Origin: an uncultured Clostridium sp.
GTDB taxonomy: Bacteria > Bacillota > Clostridia > TANB77 > CAG-465
Assembly: GCA_948470565.1 (NCBI GenBank)
Contig: CAOKPF010000002.1
Location: 127 to 64,126, forward strand
Direction: 5' to 3'
DNA: 64,000 bases
The notes under the pieces are model-generated. The model was given only the letters and a program-made list of their open reading frames with translations. It did not search any database and was not told the DNA's origin. The translations under genes and the position numbers were made by a program. This document shows positions 31,180 to 40,823 of the stretch, piece by piece (position 1 is the stretch's first letter; each line of letters opens with the position of its first letter).

Positions 31180-31559
31180 ATTATCCTAGACGTTAAACCT
31201 GCTCTTTTCAAATAAGAATAGACCACTTTTGATATCTTCAATTTATCGCTTGTTTCTGTTACATCTTTTGTATTAACTGTTAAATCTCCACCAATAGAGT
31301 AACTTAATAAATCTCCATTATCATAAGTGCCTTCTTCTTTTATGTATTCAGCCTGTAAGCAAGTTGCTTTTATTATTAAATCTTTTTGTTGTGATGTTAA
31401 ATTTTCAAATCCTATTTTTTCTATTCTTGTTAATGTAGCTTTGTTAATATCTATTGAGGCTAATTCTAAATACTTACTAATTTCGTCATACTCTAATTTC
31501 GCTACTCCATACTTAGAATAGTCTTCTTTGGTTGCATATACTGTTATCATTTGCAACAC
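31176..31559 (-). CDS. gp6-like head-tail connector
   Basis: Position after the capsid gene; N-terminal ...ATKEDYSKY... pattern. Confidence 0.45.
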   Translation of the reverse strand: MLQMITVYATKEDYSKYGVAKLEYDEISKYLELASIDINKATLTRIEKIGFENLTSQQKDLIIKATCLQAEYIKEEGTYDNGDLLSYSIGGDLTVNTKDVTETSDKLKISKVVYSYLKRAGLTSRII

Positions 31560-31562
31560 CTC

Positions 31563-31832
31563 TTATTTTACTTTCTTTTCTAATTCAATTACCTTTTTTG
31601 TTAATTCTTCATTAGCTTTTGCTAAATCTTCTTTTTCTTTTTCCACATCAATTGCTTTTTTTGTTAATTCTTCATTAGCTTTTGCTAACTTATCAACTTC
31701 CTTTTGTAAATCTTTAGGAGCTACCTTTTTTGTAGCTCCTACTTTATTATATCCTCTAGCTTCATATTGAGTAAAATCTTCTTGTTCAATAGATAGAATT
31801 ACATTATCTTTTTCTATTTTTATTTTAGCCAT
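31563..31832 (-). CDS. coiled-coil head-associated protein with internal duplication
   Basis: LAKANEELTKKAIDVEKEKED / LAKANEELTKKVIELEKK; DNA repeat of about 32 nt at 31595-31626 and 31658-31689. Confidence 0.35.
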   Translation of the reverse strand: MAKIKIEKDNVILSIEQEDFTQYEARGYNKVGATKKVAPKDLQKEVDKLAKANEELTKKAIDVEKEKEDLAKANEELTKKVIELEKKVK

Positions 31833-31844
31833 GCTAATCTCCTC

Positions 31845-32783
31845 CTATTCTGTTGGTTCTGTATATGTAGCAGTGTCAATATCAACATATATACTATCAA
31901 TTTTATTATCTTTTCCATTTGGGAATACAAATGTATCGGATAAACTTCTATCTTGGTATAAGTATCCATCTCCTTCTGTATGTGCCCCTGGATTAAAATA
32001 ATAAATACTTGATATTTTTGGAACTGTTTTTACAGTTAAAGGAGATGCTATTAAAACATTGATTTTATGCGATTTTCCACCAACTGGTAAGAACCCATCT
32101 GTAAAATCAAATTTATCATAAAATCTTTCATCATCTATTACTTCTATCAATGTTACACCATCAATATCTGTAATTCTTGATTCAATACCAATTCCTCCCT
32201 CTGCAATTTGTGTCATTTCTATTTTTCTTGTAAAGTCTGTTGATTGTTCTAATAAATCCATGATTGTTGAACTTACATAAGCAATTAATGCTCCTTTAGC
32301 AACATATCTTCTTAATTTACCAGCACTTAACATCGTTTTTAATTTTCCATATACATTTTCTTTAGTATATGTAGTAATATCTGTTGAACTATGATACCCT
32401 TCCAATTTTTGTGCTTCTGTTGCAACTTTTGAAAAGAAATATGCATCCATTTCTGGAACTTGTTGAGTTTGGTGAAATACTTTGGAAATATTCTGAATAG
32501 ATGCTGTTTGATTTGTTTCATCAACATCTATTTTATCTATTAAGAATGATATATCTCTATCATGTGTTAATGTAAAAGGTACATCTTCTTGATTATATTC
32601 ACCTTTATTCCATCCTCCTTTTCTGCTATGTGCTTTATATCCTCCTGTACTCATCTGTGTAAAATGAAATGTTTTTGCATTTAACCATTTAACTGCTGTA
32701 GTTATAAATGGTGATGTTAAACTTTCTTGCTCCATTATTTCTAATAGGTCTGGTGACCATACTTCTGCATAATTTAATGCCAT
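31845..32783 (-). CDS. major capsid protein
   Basis: 312 aa, directly after the scaffold gene. Confidence 0.7.
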   Translation of the reverse strand: MALNYAEVWSPDLLEIMEQESLTSPFITTAVKWLNAKTFHFTQMSTGGYKAHSRKGGWNKGEYNQEDVPFTLTHDRDISFLIDKIDVDETNQTASIQNISKVFHQTQQVPEMDAYFFSKVATEAQKLEGYHSSTDITTYTKENVYGKLKTMLSAGKLRRYVAKGALIAYVSSTIMDLLEQSTDFTRKIEMTQIAEGGIGIESRITDIDGVTLIEVIDDERFYDKFDFTDGFLPVGGKSHKINVLIASPLTVKTVPKISSIYYFNPGAHTEGDGYLYQDRSLSDTFVFPNGKDNKIDSIYVDIDTATYTEPTE

Positions 32784-32805
32784 AATTAATCAATCCTTTC
32801 TTTTT

Positions 32806-33417
32806 TTAAAATGAATTAAACCTGTTCCATCTTTTTGTAGCTACAGGTTTCTTTTGGGTTTGGTTTGAATTTGAATTGCTTTCTGTTGCTCCAAATTTAA
32901 AACCTTTTTCTTGTTTTTCCTCTTCCTTTGCATTTTTTAGCTCTGGAAATTCTGCAATAACTGCATTGATTTCATCTTCAAGCTTTTTAGAGTCTACCAC
33001 TCCATTATCTAAAACTTTTGACATATCAACCAGTCTAGCTGCTCTTTCAACTTTTTTAACATCAACTCCTGCTTTTGCCATAGCAAGTGCTATTTTGTCT
33101 GTAAAGTCTACTTGTGCAACTTCTTTTTGTTTCTCGTCTTGTACACCTTCATCTTGTTTCACTTGAGTTTCTTGAGTTTTATCAGATTTTTTTTCTTGCT
33201 CAGCTTTTTTTGCACCTTTTGCATACATTCTGTTTATAAAACCATCTAACTCATCTTGATTTTTGAAAATTATTTCGCCATTTTCTCCTTTCTGAGCTAC
33301 TGACTTTTTAACTTTCACATCCTCATCTTTTTTTTCAAAGTTTTGCCCATTATTTTTTTGAGCATCATCTGTTGCAGTTTGAGTATCTGCATTTTGATCT
33401 TTCTCTTCATCTTCCAT
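32806..33417 (-). CDS. scaffolding protein
   Basis: Highly charged (E/K/Q-rich) 203-aa helical protein upstream of the capsid gene. Confidence 0.65.
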   Translation of the reverse strand: MEDEEKDQNADTQTATDDAQKNNGQNFEKKDEDVKVKKSVAQKGENGEIIFKNQDELDGFINRMYAKGAKKAEQEKKSDKTQETQVKQDEGVQDEKQKEVAQVDFTDKIALAMAKAGVDVKKVERAARLVDMSKVLDNGVVDSKKLEDEINAVIAEFPELKNAKEEEKQEKGFKFGATESNSNSNQTQKKPVATKRWNRFNSF

Positions 33418-33575
33418 AAAAAATCCCTCCTATTTTGGAATTGACCCGTTTTACGCCCGTCGGCAATAAAAAAGAGCTAGTATTAAAACTAACCCTTGTG
33501 GCACAAGCTAATAGATTTGAACTATTACAAACAGTTTTGGAGACTGTTATGCTATCATTACATCAAACTTGTATA

Positions 33576-33606
33576 TAAAAAACACCTACATTTCTGTAAG
33601 TGTTTA
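33576..33606 (-). terminator. terminator-like hairpin inside the head module
   Basis: On the minus strand: aacacttac-agaaat-gtaggtgtt followed by T6. Confidence 0.6.
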
Positions 33607-33613
33607 AATATTA

Positions 33614-33838
33614 TTATAATTTATTTTTTACATTTATATATTCTGGATTTTCACTGTCTAAATCCATTTTTGGACATTTATAACTTTTGGCATATTTGTA
33701 TTCTTTTGGTCTTTCTCTAAATACTCTACATTTTCCAGTATTTACTATATAATTCTTACAAGCAAAACATACAGGTGTTATAACTTCAAAATGTGGATCA
33801 TTCTCTTTACTCATACTATTGCTTACTTCCTTTTTCAT
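33614..33838 (-). CDS. 74-aa Cys-containing protein, start overlapping the stop of the gp7-ART gene
   Basis: ATGA start/stop overlap; CFACKN...GKC...KCP cysteine pattern. Confidence 0.4.
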   Translation of the reverse strand: MKKEVSNSMSKENDPHFEVITPVCFACKNYIVNTGKCRVFRERPKEYKYAKSYKCPKMDLDSENPEYINVKNKL

Positions 33839-35406
33839 TCAATTACCTCCATATCAAAATAATATTTATTGTCTATATATTTTATATTATTTACATAGAA
33901 TTGCGTATTTCTATTTAATAGGACCTCTTCCTGATATTTATATTTTTCCACTGAATATTCTTTTATATCTAAAGAGTTTTTAAATCCTTTTGGCACCCTT
34001 ATATTCATTATTATATTTCTTCCTGATTCTTCCGCCTTTACTCTACTTGTAGATATAAATGCTTTATCAGATATGATCTTATTTTTTAGTTTCATAATTT
34101 CTTCAACTGACACTTTATTGATATTTTCAAATCCTGATACACTTTGAATAATTGTACCTCTATATAAAATAATATCATTTTCTAAAGGTCGTGCTTTCTT
34201 AAATGCATTATCTATTACATCTATTTTTCTTTTAATTTCATCTGTAATTCTATCAAGCCTAATAGCTTTATTAATTATTGTAGCATCAAAACCTGTATAA
34301 TATGTCAATTGCTGTTTTTCTTCATTTGACAATTCTATTTTACTACTTTCTATCTTATTTTGCAACTCTTCTGCTTTGCTTTGATATTTTTCTATGTTTT
34401 CTGAATATAAACTACCTGTTGCTAATCTTTCATATTGTTTTTGCTTTTGTTGTAAATATTGTGTATATTTATCATTTTCATCATGATTATGTATTGCTTC
34501 TGTTACTTCTTCTGGTTCTTCATTTATTCCTTCATAATATGTGCTTGAACCATGTTGACAACGTGGATGAAAAAGACCTCCATCTATTGCTTTACTAAGC
34601 AAAGGGTATTTGCCATCTTTTTCTGTTCCTCCTGACCATACATCATCAATATAAACTCGTCCTTCCCAAGGTGTACACTTATCACAAGCTCCACCATGTT
34701 TAGATATATATACTAATGGATTGCCTAACTTCTTTCTCATTTCACCTTCCCCCATTAGATTTGCTCTTTTAGTTGCTGTTCTTACTGCCATATCTGCATA
34801 ATCTGATGTATCGTGCAAGCTACCATCTTTGTATTCGATAGTCTTAAAACCTCTTTTTAGGAAATCGTGAGTTGCCATATCTATTGCTTGATTTACAGTT
34901 TTAGCTCCATGGCTTGCCATTTGTGATGCCTTATATATTGTACTTCTATATACATCATTTGCTTGTCTCAATGTGGCTTTTGTTGCATCTTGTAGATTAT
35001 TTACTACACTATCTGCTAACGCATTTACTTTCCTGTCATTTATTCTAAAAAATGTTTCTCCTAATTGAGCATCATCTTTTTTTATTAATCCAGCTTGTAT
35101 AGCACTTTTATTAGTTTTTAATGCCCCCTCTTTAAATTGTTCTCTTATTTGCTTATATACATATTGGTCTATAGGTTCCTGATATTTTTTAAACATCTCT
35201 TTATTATTGTTTCTATAATTCTGTAATTGTTTTAGTTTTATTGATTGCCACTGTGGCCAGTCAAATCCCATTAATTTTTCATCTTGCTTATGACTAGCTA
35301 GAGTTCTTTTCATAGACTCAATTAAATCCATTTCCATTTTTTCATATATCTTCTTTATATCGTAATCTGTTTCAATAGCTTCAAATCCTTTTTTTATTTC
35401 TTCCAT
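33835..35406 (-). CDS. SPP1 gp7 / Mu F-like minor head protein fused to a C-terminal ADP-ribosyltransferase domain
   Basis: Mu F core (CDKCTPWEGRVY...HPRCQH). C-terminal R-S-E ART signature: ILYRG, FISTSR, YQEEVLL. Confidence 0.8.
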   Translation of the reverse strand: MEEIKKGFEAIETDYDIKKIYEKMEMDLIESMKRTLASHKQDEKLMGFDWPQWQSIKLKQLQNYRNNNKEMFKKYQEPIDQYVYKQIREQFKEGALKTNKSAIQAGLIKKDDAQLGETFFRINDRKVNALADSVVNNLQDATKATLRQANDVYRSTIYKASQMASHGAKTVNQAIDMATHDFLKRGFKTIEYKDGSLHDTSDYADMAVRTATKRANLMGEGEMRKKLGNPLVYISKHGGACDKCTPWEGRVYIDDVWSGGTEKDGKYPLLSKAIDGGLFHPRCQHGSSTYYEGINEEPEEVTEAIHNHDENDKYTQYLQQKQKQYERLATGSLYSENIEKYQSKAEELQNKIESSKIELSNEEKQQLTYYTGFDATIINKAIRLDRITDEIKRKIDVIDNAFKKARPLENDIILYRGTIIQSVSGFENINKVSVEEIMKLKNKIISDKAFISTSRVKAEESGRNIIMNIRVPKGFKNSLDIKEYSVEKYKYQEEVLLNRNTQFYVNNIKYIDNKYYFDMEVIE

Positions 35407-35419
35407 GCAAAATCACTAC

Positions 35420-36874
35420 CTAAAATAAAGATGGTTCTTCTTTTTCTATTATACCTTGTTCTTCCTTCAATCGCTTTATTTCTTCCTTTTTTTCTTCTTT
35501 GCTTAAACTATCACCATACATTGTATCTACTGCTTTTTCAATACTCATTATATTTTGATTTGGTCTTGCTTTTGATACTGTTTCTACTATTGCTTCAAAG
35601 CTTGGATTAGCATATTCTTTAAAATCTACATTTGCTTCATATTCTCCTGCTGTTTTGTTTCTAGCTTTATCATATGCCATCAAACAAGTACATACCACTT
35701 TAGGAATAACTTTTTCAAGTACATCTAATACTTTTCCTCTTGTATATTGTGTTGCCTTTTCCTTTTCTCTTTGCGCATCTGCATTATCCAATTTCTTTAC
35801 ATCTATTCCTAATGTACTAGGACTTATTAATCCTTGTAAACACAAATCTAATGCAGTTATATAACTTTGCAACATTCCTTCATAATCAAAGTCACTATTT
35901 TCTCTTGTTATTTTATCTGATTCTGTTTCAGAAGCATTGCTTCCTATTTTTGTAAATCTTCTATCAAAAGTATTTGGCCTTAATATATTTCCATTTTCGT
36001 CCATTGGCAATAAATCTTCTGGAATATACTCATGTGTACGATTATCTCTTATTGCATCTATCCATTGAGACCAAACTTCATCAAAACTATCAAAAGCATC
36101 TATCTTCTTTTCAATTATACTTTGACCTCTACCTTTAAATTTCTTTGATTTGTTAAACATCATAGGAATTGCCATTATAAATGTATTATCTGTTACTTCT
36201 TTTAACTCTCTTGTTTCTTCCAAATCTGATAATTGACATATATTATCATTTTTATATAGAGTATATGTTATGCTATTTTTATCGTATCTTTCTTTTAATA
36301 CATAAGTACAATTCTTTTTGTCATAGAAATTTTTAAATATTACTGCTGTTATTCTTCCTCTAGTGTATTCATATTCTACTTTGCTTCCTGGATAAAATTC
36401 TATAATAGGATATTTAGTAATATCTGTGTCATAACTTATTTTAAAAGCACCATCATGCTCTACAAATACATCTATTATTGATTGCTTTACTATTTCTTTA
36501 AAATCATTATCCTCTGCTATATCGTCCCAGTCTTTTTGTGCCTGATTATTAGATACTGTTATTTTATTAAAACTATCCACAATAATATCTGCTAGCATAT
36601 CAATAATCATTGCTGGTAATCCAGTATGTATTTTTCTAAAATCTATACCATTTGTACTTTCGGCCGCCCAGAACTTTGCATTCCCCATCATATCATCTGT
36701 TTGTGTATAATATTGATGTAATTCTGATGCATCTCCTCTATACCATAACAAATTTCTAAAACAACTCCCCTCAAATGTATTTGTCTCCTGTATTGTTATT
36801 GAGTTGCCTGGAGATGGTTGTATATTTAACCAATTTCTTACTATATCCTTTATTTTATCATTAACTGTTCCCAT
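35420..36874 (-). CDS. portal protein (SPP1 gp6-like)
   Basis: 484 aa, immediately after terL; acidic C-terminus. Confidence 0.85.
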   Translation of the reverse strand: MGTVNDKIKDIVRNWLNIQPSPGNSITIQETNTFEGSCFRNLLWYRGDASELHQYYTQTDDMMGNAKFWAAESTNGIDFRKIHTGLPAMIIDMLADIIVDSFNKITVSNNQAQKDWDDIAEDNDFKEIVKQSIIDVFVEHDGAFKISYDTDITKYPIIEFYPGSKVEYEYTRGRITAVIFKNFYDKKNCTYVLKERYDKNSITYTLYKNDNICQLSDLEETRELKEVTDNTFIMAIPMMFNKSKKFKGRGQSIIEKKIDAFDSFDEVWSQWIDAIRDNRTHEYIPEDLLPMDENGNILRPNTFDRRFTKIGSNASETESDKITRENSDFDYEGMLQSYITALDLCLQGLISPSTLGIDVKKLDNADAQREKEKATQYTRGKVLDVLEKVIPKVVCTCLMAYDKARNKTAGEYEANVDFKEYANPSFEAIVETVSKARPNQNIMSIEKAVDTMYGDSLSKEEKKEEIKRLKEEQGIIEKEEPSLF

Positions 36875-36875
36875 G

Positions 36876-37055
36876 TTATTCCTCTCTTTCAGCCATTATT
36901 GCAAGTTCCTTTTCCGCTTCTATTATTTTAATTACATCTTGTGTTGCTTGTTCTTTATATTGTTCATACTTAAGTTCTTTTTTTAACAACTCCTCATATC
37001 TTGATTGATCAATCTCAACTGTTGGTGTCTGAAATAAAGTTCCTCTTGTACTCAT
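36876..37055 (-). CDS. 59-aa ORF between terL and portal
   Basis: Fills the gap exactly; coiled-coil composition. Confidence 0.3.
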   Translation of the reverse strand: MSTRGTLFQTPTVEIDQSRYEELLKKELKYEQYKEQATQDVIKIIEAEKELAIMAEREE

Positions 37056-37057
37056 TT

Positions 37058-38410
37058 TTATTCCTCACTTTCATCTTTAATTATTTTCTTTATTATTTCC
37101 CAATTACCAATTTTCTTTTTATATGGTAACCAAGCATATTGACAACCATTTATACTATGGTCATTTCCATCTTCTGGTTGATTGTTTTCATCAAAACTAT
37201 AGACTCCACATTCTTCTATATAATCTTTGCAAGTGTCAACCACTAAAAAATCACTAGTTCCTAACCAACTTTCTTGTAGTTGCACTCTAGTGATTATTTT
37301 TGTTTTCTTCCAAGCATTTTCAAAATTATATATTAAACTATTTTGCCTTTTTGCTTTTTTAGCCTCCATTATAGTTCCCTGGTCTGCATTATCTATGAAA
37401 CATATTCTTGCAAAGCCCCATTCGTTTTTAAATTCTTCCATAAATTCTACAATCCATTGAACTACATCTGATGGTGCAAATGGTATTGTTCTGTCTTTAT
37501 TGTTAAATGTTCTTTCTTTTAGTAAAACACATTTACCATCTGTTGTTATCCCTATTCCTTCAAGTGTTACCTTATCATGACTTTCCTTTGAGTATGATGT
37601 ATCACAACCAACAGAGAATATTTGAAATTTAAGTTTTCTTGCCTCTTCTACTGTTATTATATTTTTACTTTCAAGATTAAAACATAACCCTGTTGCTCTA
37701 CCTCTTAATCCTAAAATCTTATTCTTATACATCTTAGTTCCAAGTGGTGTTGCCTCTATTTTTTCTTGTATATCTTCTTTTGTTAAACTAGCATTATCAT
37801 TAAAAGTAAAATACCAATGTACCCATCCTTTAACGTGTGGTTCTTTTAATTCTTTCAAAAGTTCTAGTGGATATTCTTTTTCATATTTTTTTATTGGTCT
37901 GCTTTTATTTATAAATTCTTTGTATATATCAAGGTTTGGATCATCTGGATTTGACGTTGTCATCATATATTTGCATCTATGTGTAATTTCTCTCATAAAT
38001 TCCATATTTGCTAAATTTACCTCATCAAGATATACACATCCTACTTGTCCTCCTAAAACCTTTTTCCAACGTTTTTGGTCTCCATATCCACATACATATA
38101 TTATTTTTTCGCCTTTATTAGTTTCATATCTTATATGTGGCAATCTTATTTTGTCTTTTCCCTTTGGCCAATATTCTGCTATCCCTTCAAACTGTTCTAT
38201 TAACCCATTTTCAGAATTTATTACATTCTTTTCTGCTGTTCCTACATCATCTCCTGCTATTACATGAAACTTTTTATCAGAATCAGCAACTATACACATA
38301 AATTTAAATATTCCAACAGTTGTTTTACCTGCGGCTGTTGTACCTTCTAAAAATTCCCTTTTGCATTTTACTTCTAAAAATTCTTTATATTTTTTACTTA
38401 ATTGTAGCAT
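37058..38410 (-). CDS. terL: terminase large subunit
   Basis: Walker A EGTTAAGKTTVG; PBSX/Terminase_3-like layout; C-terminal nuclease region. Confidence 0.9.
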   Translation of the reverse strand: MLQLSKKYKEFLEVKCKREFLEGTTAAGKTTVGIFKFMCIVADSDKKFHVIAGDDVGTAEKNVINSENGLIEQFEGIAEYWPKGKDKIRLPHIRYETNKGEKIIYVCGYGDQKRWKKVLGGQVGCVYLDEVNLANMEFMREITHRCKYMMTTSNPDDPNLDIYKEFINKSRPIKKYEKEYPLELLKELKEPHVKGWVHWYFTFNDNASLTKEDIQEKIEATPLGTKMYKNKILGLRGRATGLCFNLESKNIITVEEARKLKFQIFSVGCDTSYSKESHDKVTLEGIGITTDGKCVLLKERTFNNKDRTIPFAPSDVVQWIVEFMEEFKNEWGFARICFIDNADQGTIMEAKKAKRQNSLIYNFENAWKKTKIITRVQLQESWLGTSDFLVVDTCKDYIEECGVYSFDENNQPEDGNDHSINGCQYAWLPYKKKIGNWEIIKKIIKDESEE

Positions 38411-38988
38411 TACTCATCATCTACATTCTTCATTTGTCTTAATATATCTGATATTGCATTTTTCTTTTCTTCTTTTTCTTTTACATTTACATCTATTTTG
38501 TCATTAAATATTCCTAAATGTCTTCCTAATAATTCTAATGCTCTAACTTTATCACAAGAATTAACTTCTAATCCAAATTTACCTTGTTTTATTCCTGACA
38601 ATGCTTTCTTTTGTTCTTCTGTTAATTCTTCTGTTGGTGTAAATTCTATTCCTGTATACTCTTCTTCTTTATAATCTACTACATCTTCTCCATCAAATAC
38701 TGGTACATTTCTTTTCATTTTCTTTAGTTTTGCATAGTCACTTGCTTTTGAAAAAGCTATTGCAGATAACTCTTTTATTACCATATCTTGTGTCACTTCT
38801 GTTCTTTGTTCTCGCTCTTTCATTTTCTCTGATATGTATTCTTGAACCTTAGTATTTCTTAGTAATTTACTTCCATTTACATTCGCTGTTTCATCTTTTT
38901 TACATCTTGCATAAGCAACCTTATATGCTCTTGTTGCATTAAGGTCTATTAAATATTCATCACAAAATATTTTCTGTGCATTTGTCAT
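38410..38988 (-). CDS. terS: terminase small subunit
   Basis: FCDEYLIDLNATRAYKVAY...GSKLLRNTKVQEYI (Terminase_2 pattern); overlaps the terL start. Confidence 0.8.
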   Translation of the reverse strand: MTNAQKIFCDEYLIDLNATRAYKVAYARCKKDETANVNGSKLLRNTKVQEYISEKMKEREQRTEVTQDMVIKELSAIAFSKASDYAKLKKMKRNVPVFDGEDVVDYKEEEYTGIEFTPTEELTEEQKKALSGIKQGKFGLEVNSCDKVRALELLGRHLGIFNDKIDVNVKEKEEKKNAISDILRQMKNVDDE

Positions 38989-39007
38989 ATAAGATTACCT
39001 CGCTTTC

Positions 39008-39274
39008 TTATTTATTCTCTTTTATTTCTTCAATTTTTATATGTAGCTGTGCTTGATATTTATAATAGTTCCCTATCTTTTGTAGTTTTTGATTTTCCCT
39101 ATATATTCTTACACATTTCCCTTCATCTCTTATCTTTCTATTTATCTCTAGCATACTAGCTTTAGAATAAGAGCATTCATAGCCACATTTATTTAAATAC
39201 TTTATTACTTTTTTATTTTCACAGTCTTTTACTTTTTTATTTAACCTTTCTATATTCCTATCTTTTATAACCAT
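39008..39274 (-). CDS. hypothetical protein
   Basis: 88-aa basic ORF. Confidence 0.35.
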   Translation of the reverse strand: MVIKDRNIERLNKKVKDCENKKVIKYLNKCGYECSYSKASMLEINRKIRDEGKCVRIYRENQKLQKIGNYYKYQAQLHIKIEEIKENK

Positions 39275-39283
39275 ATTTCCACC

Positions 39284-39445
39284 TTATTTCTTAAATATTC
39301 CAACTATAATTGCTACTATAAATATAGCTAACCAGTATATTGCTACTGTATAATTAGCATTACATATTTGATTTATTGCATCTACTACCATATTATCTAA
39401 GTTAAACCATGTTAATATCCAACCTATTATTATTGTTACTAGCAT
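39284..39445 (-). CDS. 53-aa two-TM peptide
   Basis: Start chosen at the ATG after RBS gaggagg (MLVTIIIGWIL...). Confidence 0.35.
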   Translation of the reverse strand: MLVTIIIGWILTWFNLDNMVVDAINQICNANYTVAIYWLAIFIVAIIVGIFKK

Positions 39446-39446
39446 A

Positions 39447-39638
39447 CTATTCCTCCTCTTCATATTCATTTTTATTTGGTATTTCAAATCCTACTGCGTT
39501 TGTATTTATTTTTTCTTGCTCTGGTTTATATACCACATAATTCTTTTCTTCTGTATATATTTCTATTTTATAACCTGTTATCTTTTCATGTCCCATTAGC
39601 TTTTCTATTTCATCTATTCTTCCATATATATTTAACAT
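39447..39638 (-). CDS. hypothetical protein
   Basis: Start chosen at the ATG after aaaggagaaaac (MLNIYGRIDE...). Confidence 0.35.
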   Translation of the reverse strand: MLNIYGRIDEIEKLMGHEKITGYKIEIYTEEKNYVVYKPEQEKINTNAVGFEIPNKNEYEEEE

Positions 39639-39829
39639 GTTTTCTCCTTTCATTTTTGCCTTTTTAATACCAACTTACAAAAAGGAGCAGGCATTAAAAA
39701 AGCAGCCCAATCGGACTACTCAAAAGAGATATAATATATGAAAACTTAAACAAAAAATATTTCTTTAAGTTATGCATTCTATATACAATTCTCTTTATAA
39801 CAATTACACCACATTGCAATTGCTCCTAG

Positions 39830-40016
39830 GCAAAGAGAATTGACAGCAAGGCATTTGCTAGCTTGTTTCTTACTACAAATGGCGTATGTTTTATATTTAC
39901 GCCTTTGGTGATGGTAACTAAGCTTACCATCAATGCTTCTTCCTAAACTAGTATGTAACGGCTTTTTATTTCCGAAAGGAGGTGACAGCCGTTATAGGAA
40001 TTACAATCTCTCTTGC
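39830..40016 (-). ncRNA. candidate structured RNA or long structured leader (unknown family)
   Basis: Closing helix 40004-16 / 39830-42 encloses four hairpins: 39956-63/39987-94, 39910-31, 39881-903, 39845-59. GC-enriched, with a promoter just upstream. Confidence 0.3.
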
Positions 40017-40027
40017 TATTTCTAGCT

Positions 40028-40057
40028 ATTATATATTATAGCATATTAAAAAGTCAA
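40028..40057 (-). promoter_or_regulatory. sigma-A-like promoter (TTGACT-N18-TATAAT) on the minus strand
   Basis: agtcaa at 40052-57 and attata at 40028-33 on the plus strand. Confidence 0.4.
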
Positions 40058-40092
40058 ATAAAATGATGTTTTACTATAAATTTACACATGAT

Positions 40093-40512
40093 TTACACAC
40101 TTTGATATATTTTCTCCATTTTATCTATTATATTAGATATACTATTGTGAATTGAATTTGTTTCTCTACCAAGTATATTTGCAATTATTTTTGGGTCTTT
40201 TTTTTCATAGTAATACATTTTTATAAGATTTTTTTCAGTATGCTTTAATGTAGCTACTAGACTATCCACTATATCTATTTTTGCCTGTAATTCTTCTATC
40301 TCTTTTTTTAATTTATTTACAGTATCTATATTTTTTACTATTTTCTCCTCATCATTTGATTTTACATATCCTTTAGGTTTAATATCTCCATTTACTTCTA
40401 AGTTAGGACTACTTACACTTATTTCTTCTTGCTCTATTTCTTTTATTTTATTCTCTTTTATTTTTATTCCTGCCTTATATCCCATGTAATTATCTAACAT
40501 TTCTTTAACCAT
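40093..40512 (-). CDS. ArpU/RinA-like late transcription regulator (sigma region-4-like)
   Basis: 139 aa. C-terminal LIKMYYYEKKDPKIIANILGRETNSIHNSISNIIDKM HTH; last gene before the packaging block. Confidence 0.5.
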   Translation of the reverse strand: MVKEMLDNYMGYKAGIKIKENKIKEIEQEEISVSSPNLEVNGDIKPKGYVKSNDEEKIVKNIDTVNKLKKEIEELQAKIDIVDSLVATLKHTEKNLIKMYYYEKKDPKIIANILGRETNSIHNSISNIIDKMEKIYQSV

Positions 40513-40535
40513 ATTAACCCCCTCTTATATATTTT

Positions 40536-40817
40536 TTATTTCCCCTTTTCTTCAATTATTTTCTTAAACTCATCATTTGCATCTATAACTTGTTCATAAT
40601 CTTTTTCAAGTACATTGAACTGTTGTATCCAGTACGATGTCGTATCATTTGCTTTGTTGTATTCTGCTATTATTCTATCCCTATCTGCGTGTAAATAGGC
40701 TATTGTTATAATTAATAGTGTTATTGCAAGATAGCATAATGCTAATGTTATATTATGTATCATTGCTCTATCTTCAAATTGTTTTAAATCGTATTTCAAT
40801 TCTTTCATACCTCCCAT
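40536..40817 (-). CDS. membrane-anchored hypothetical protein
   Basis: One TM segment. Confidence 0.35.
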   Translation of the reverse strand: MGGMKELKYDLKQFEDRAMIHNITLALCYLAITLLIITIAYLHADRDRIIAEYNKANDTTSYWIQQFNVLEKDYEQVIDANDEFKKIIEEKGK

Positions 40818-40823
40818 ATATTA

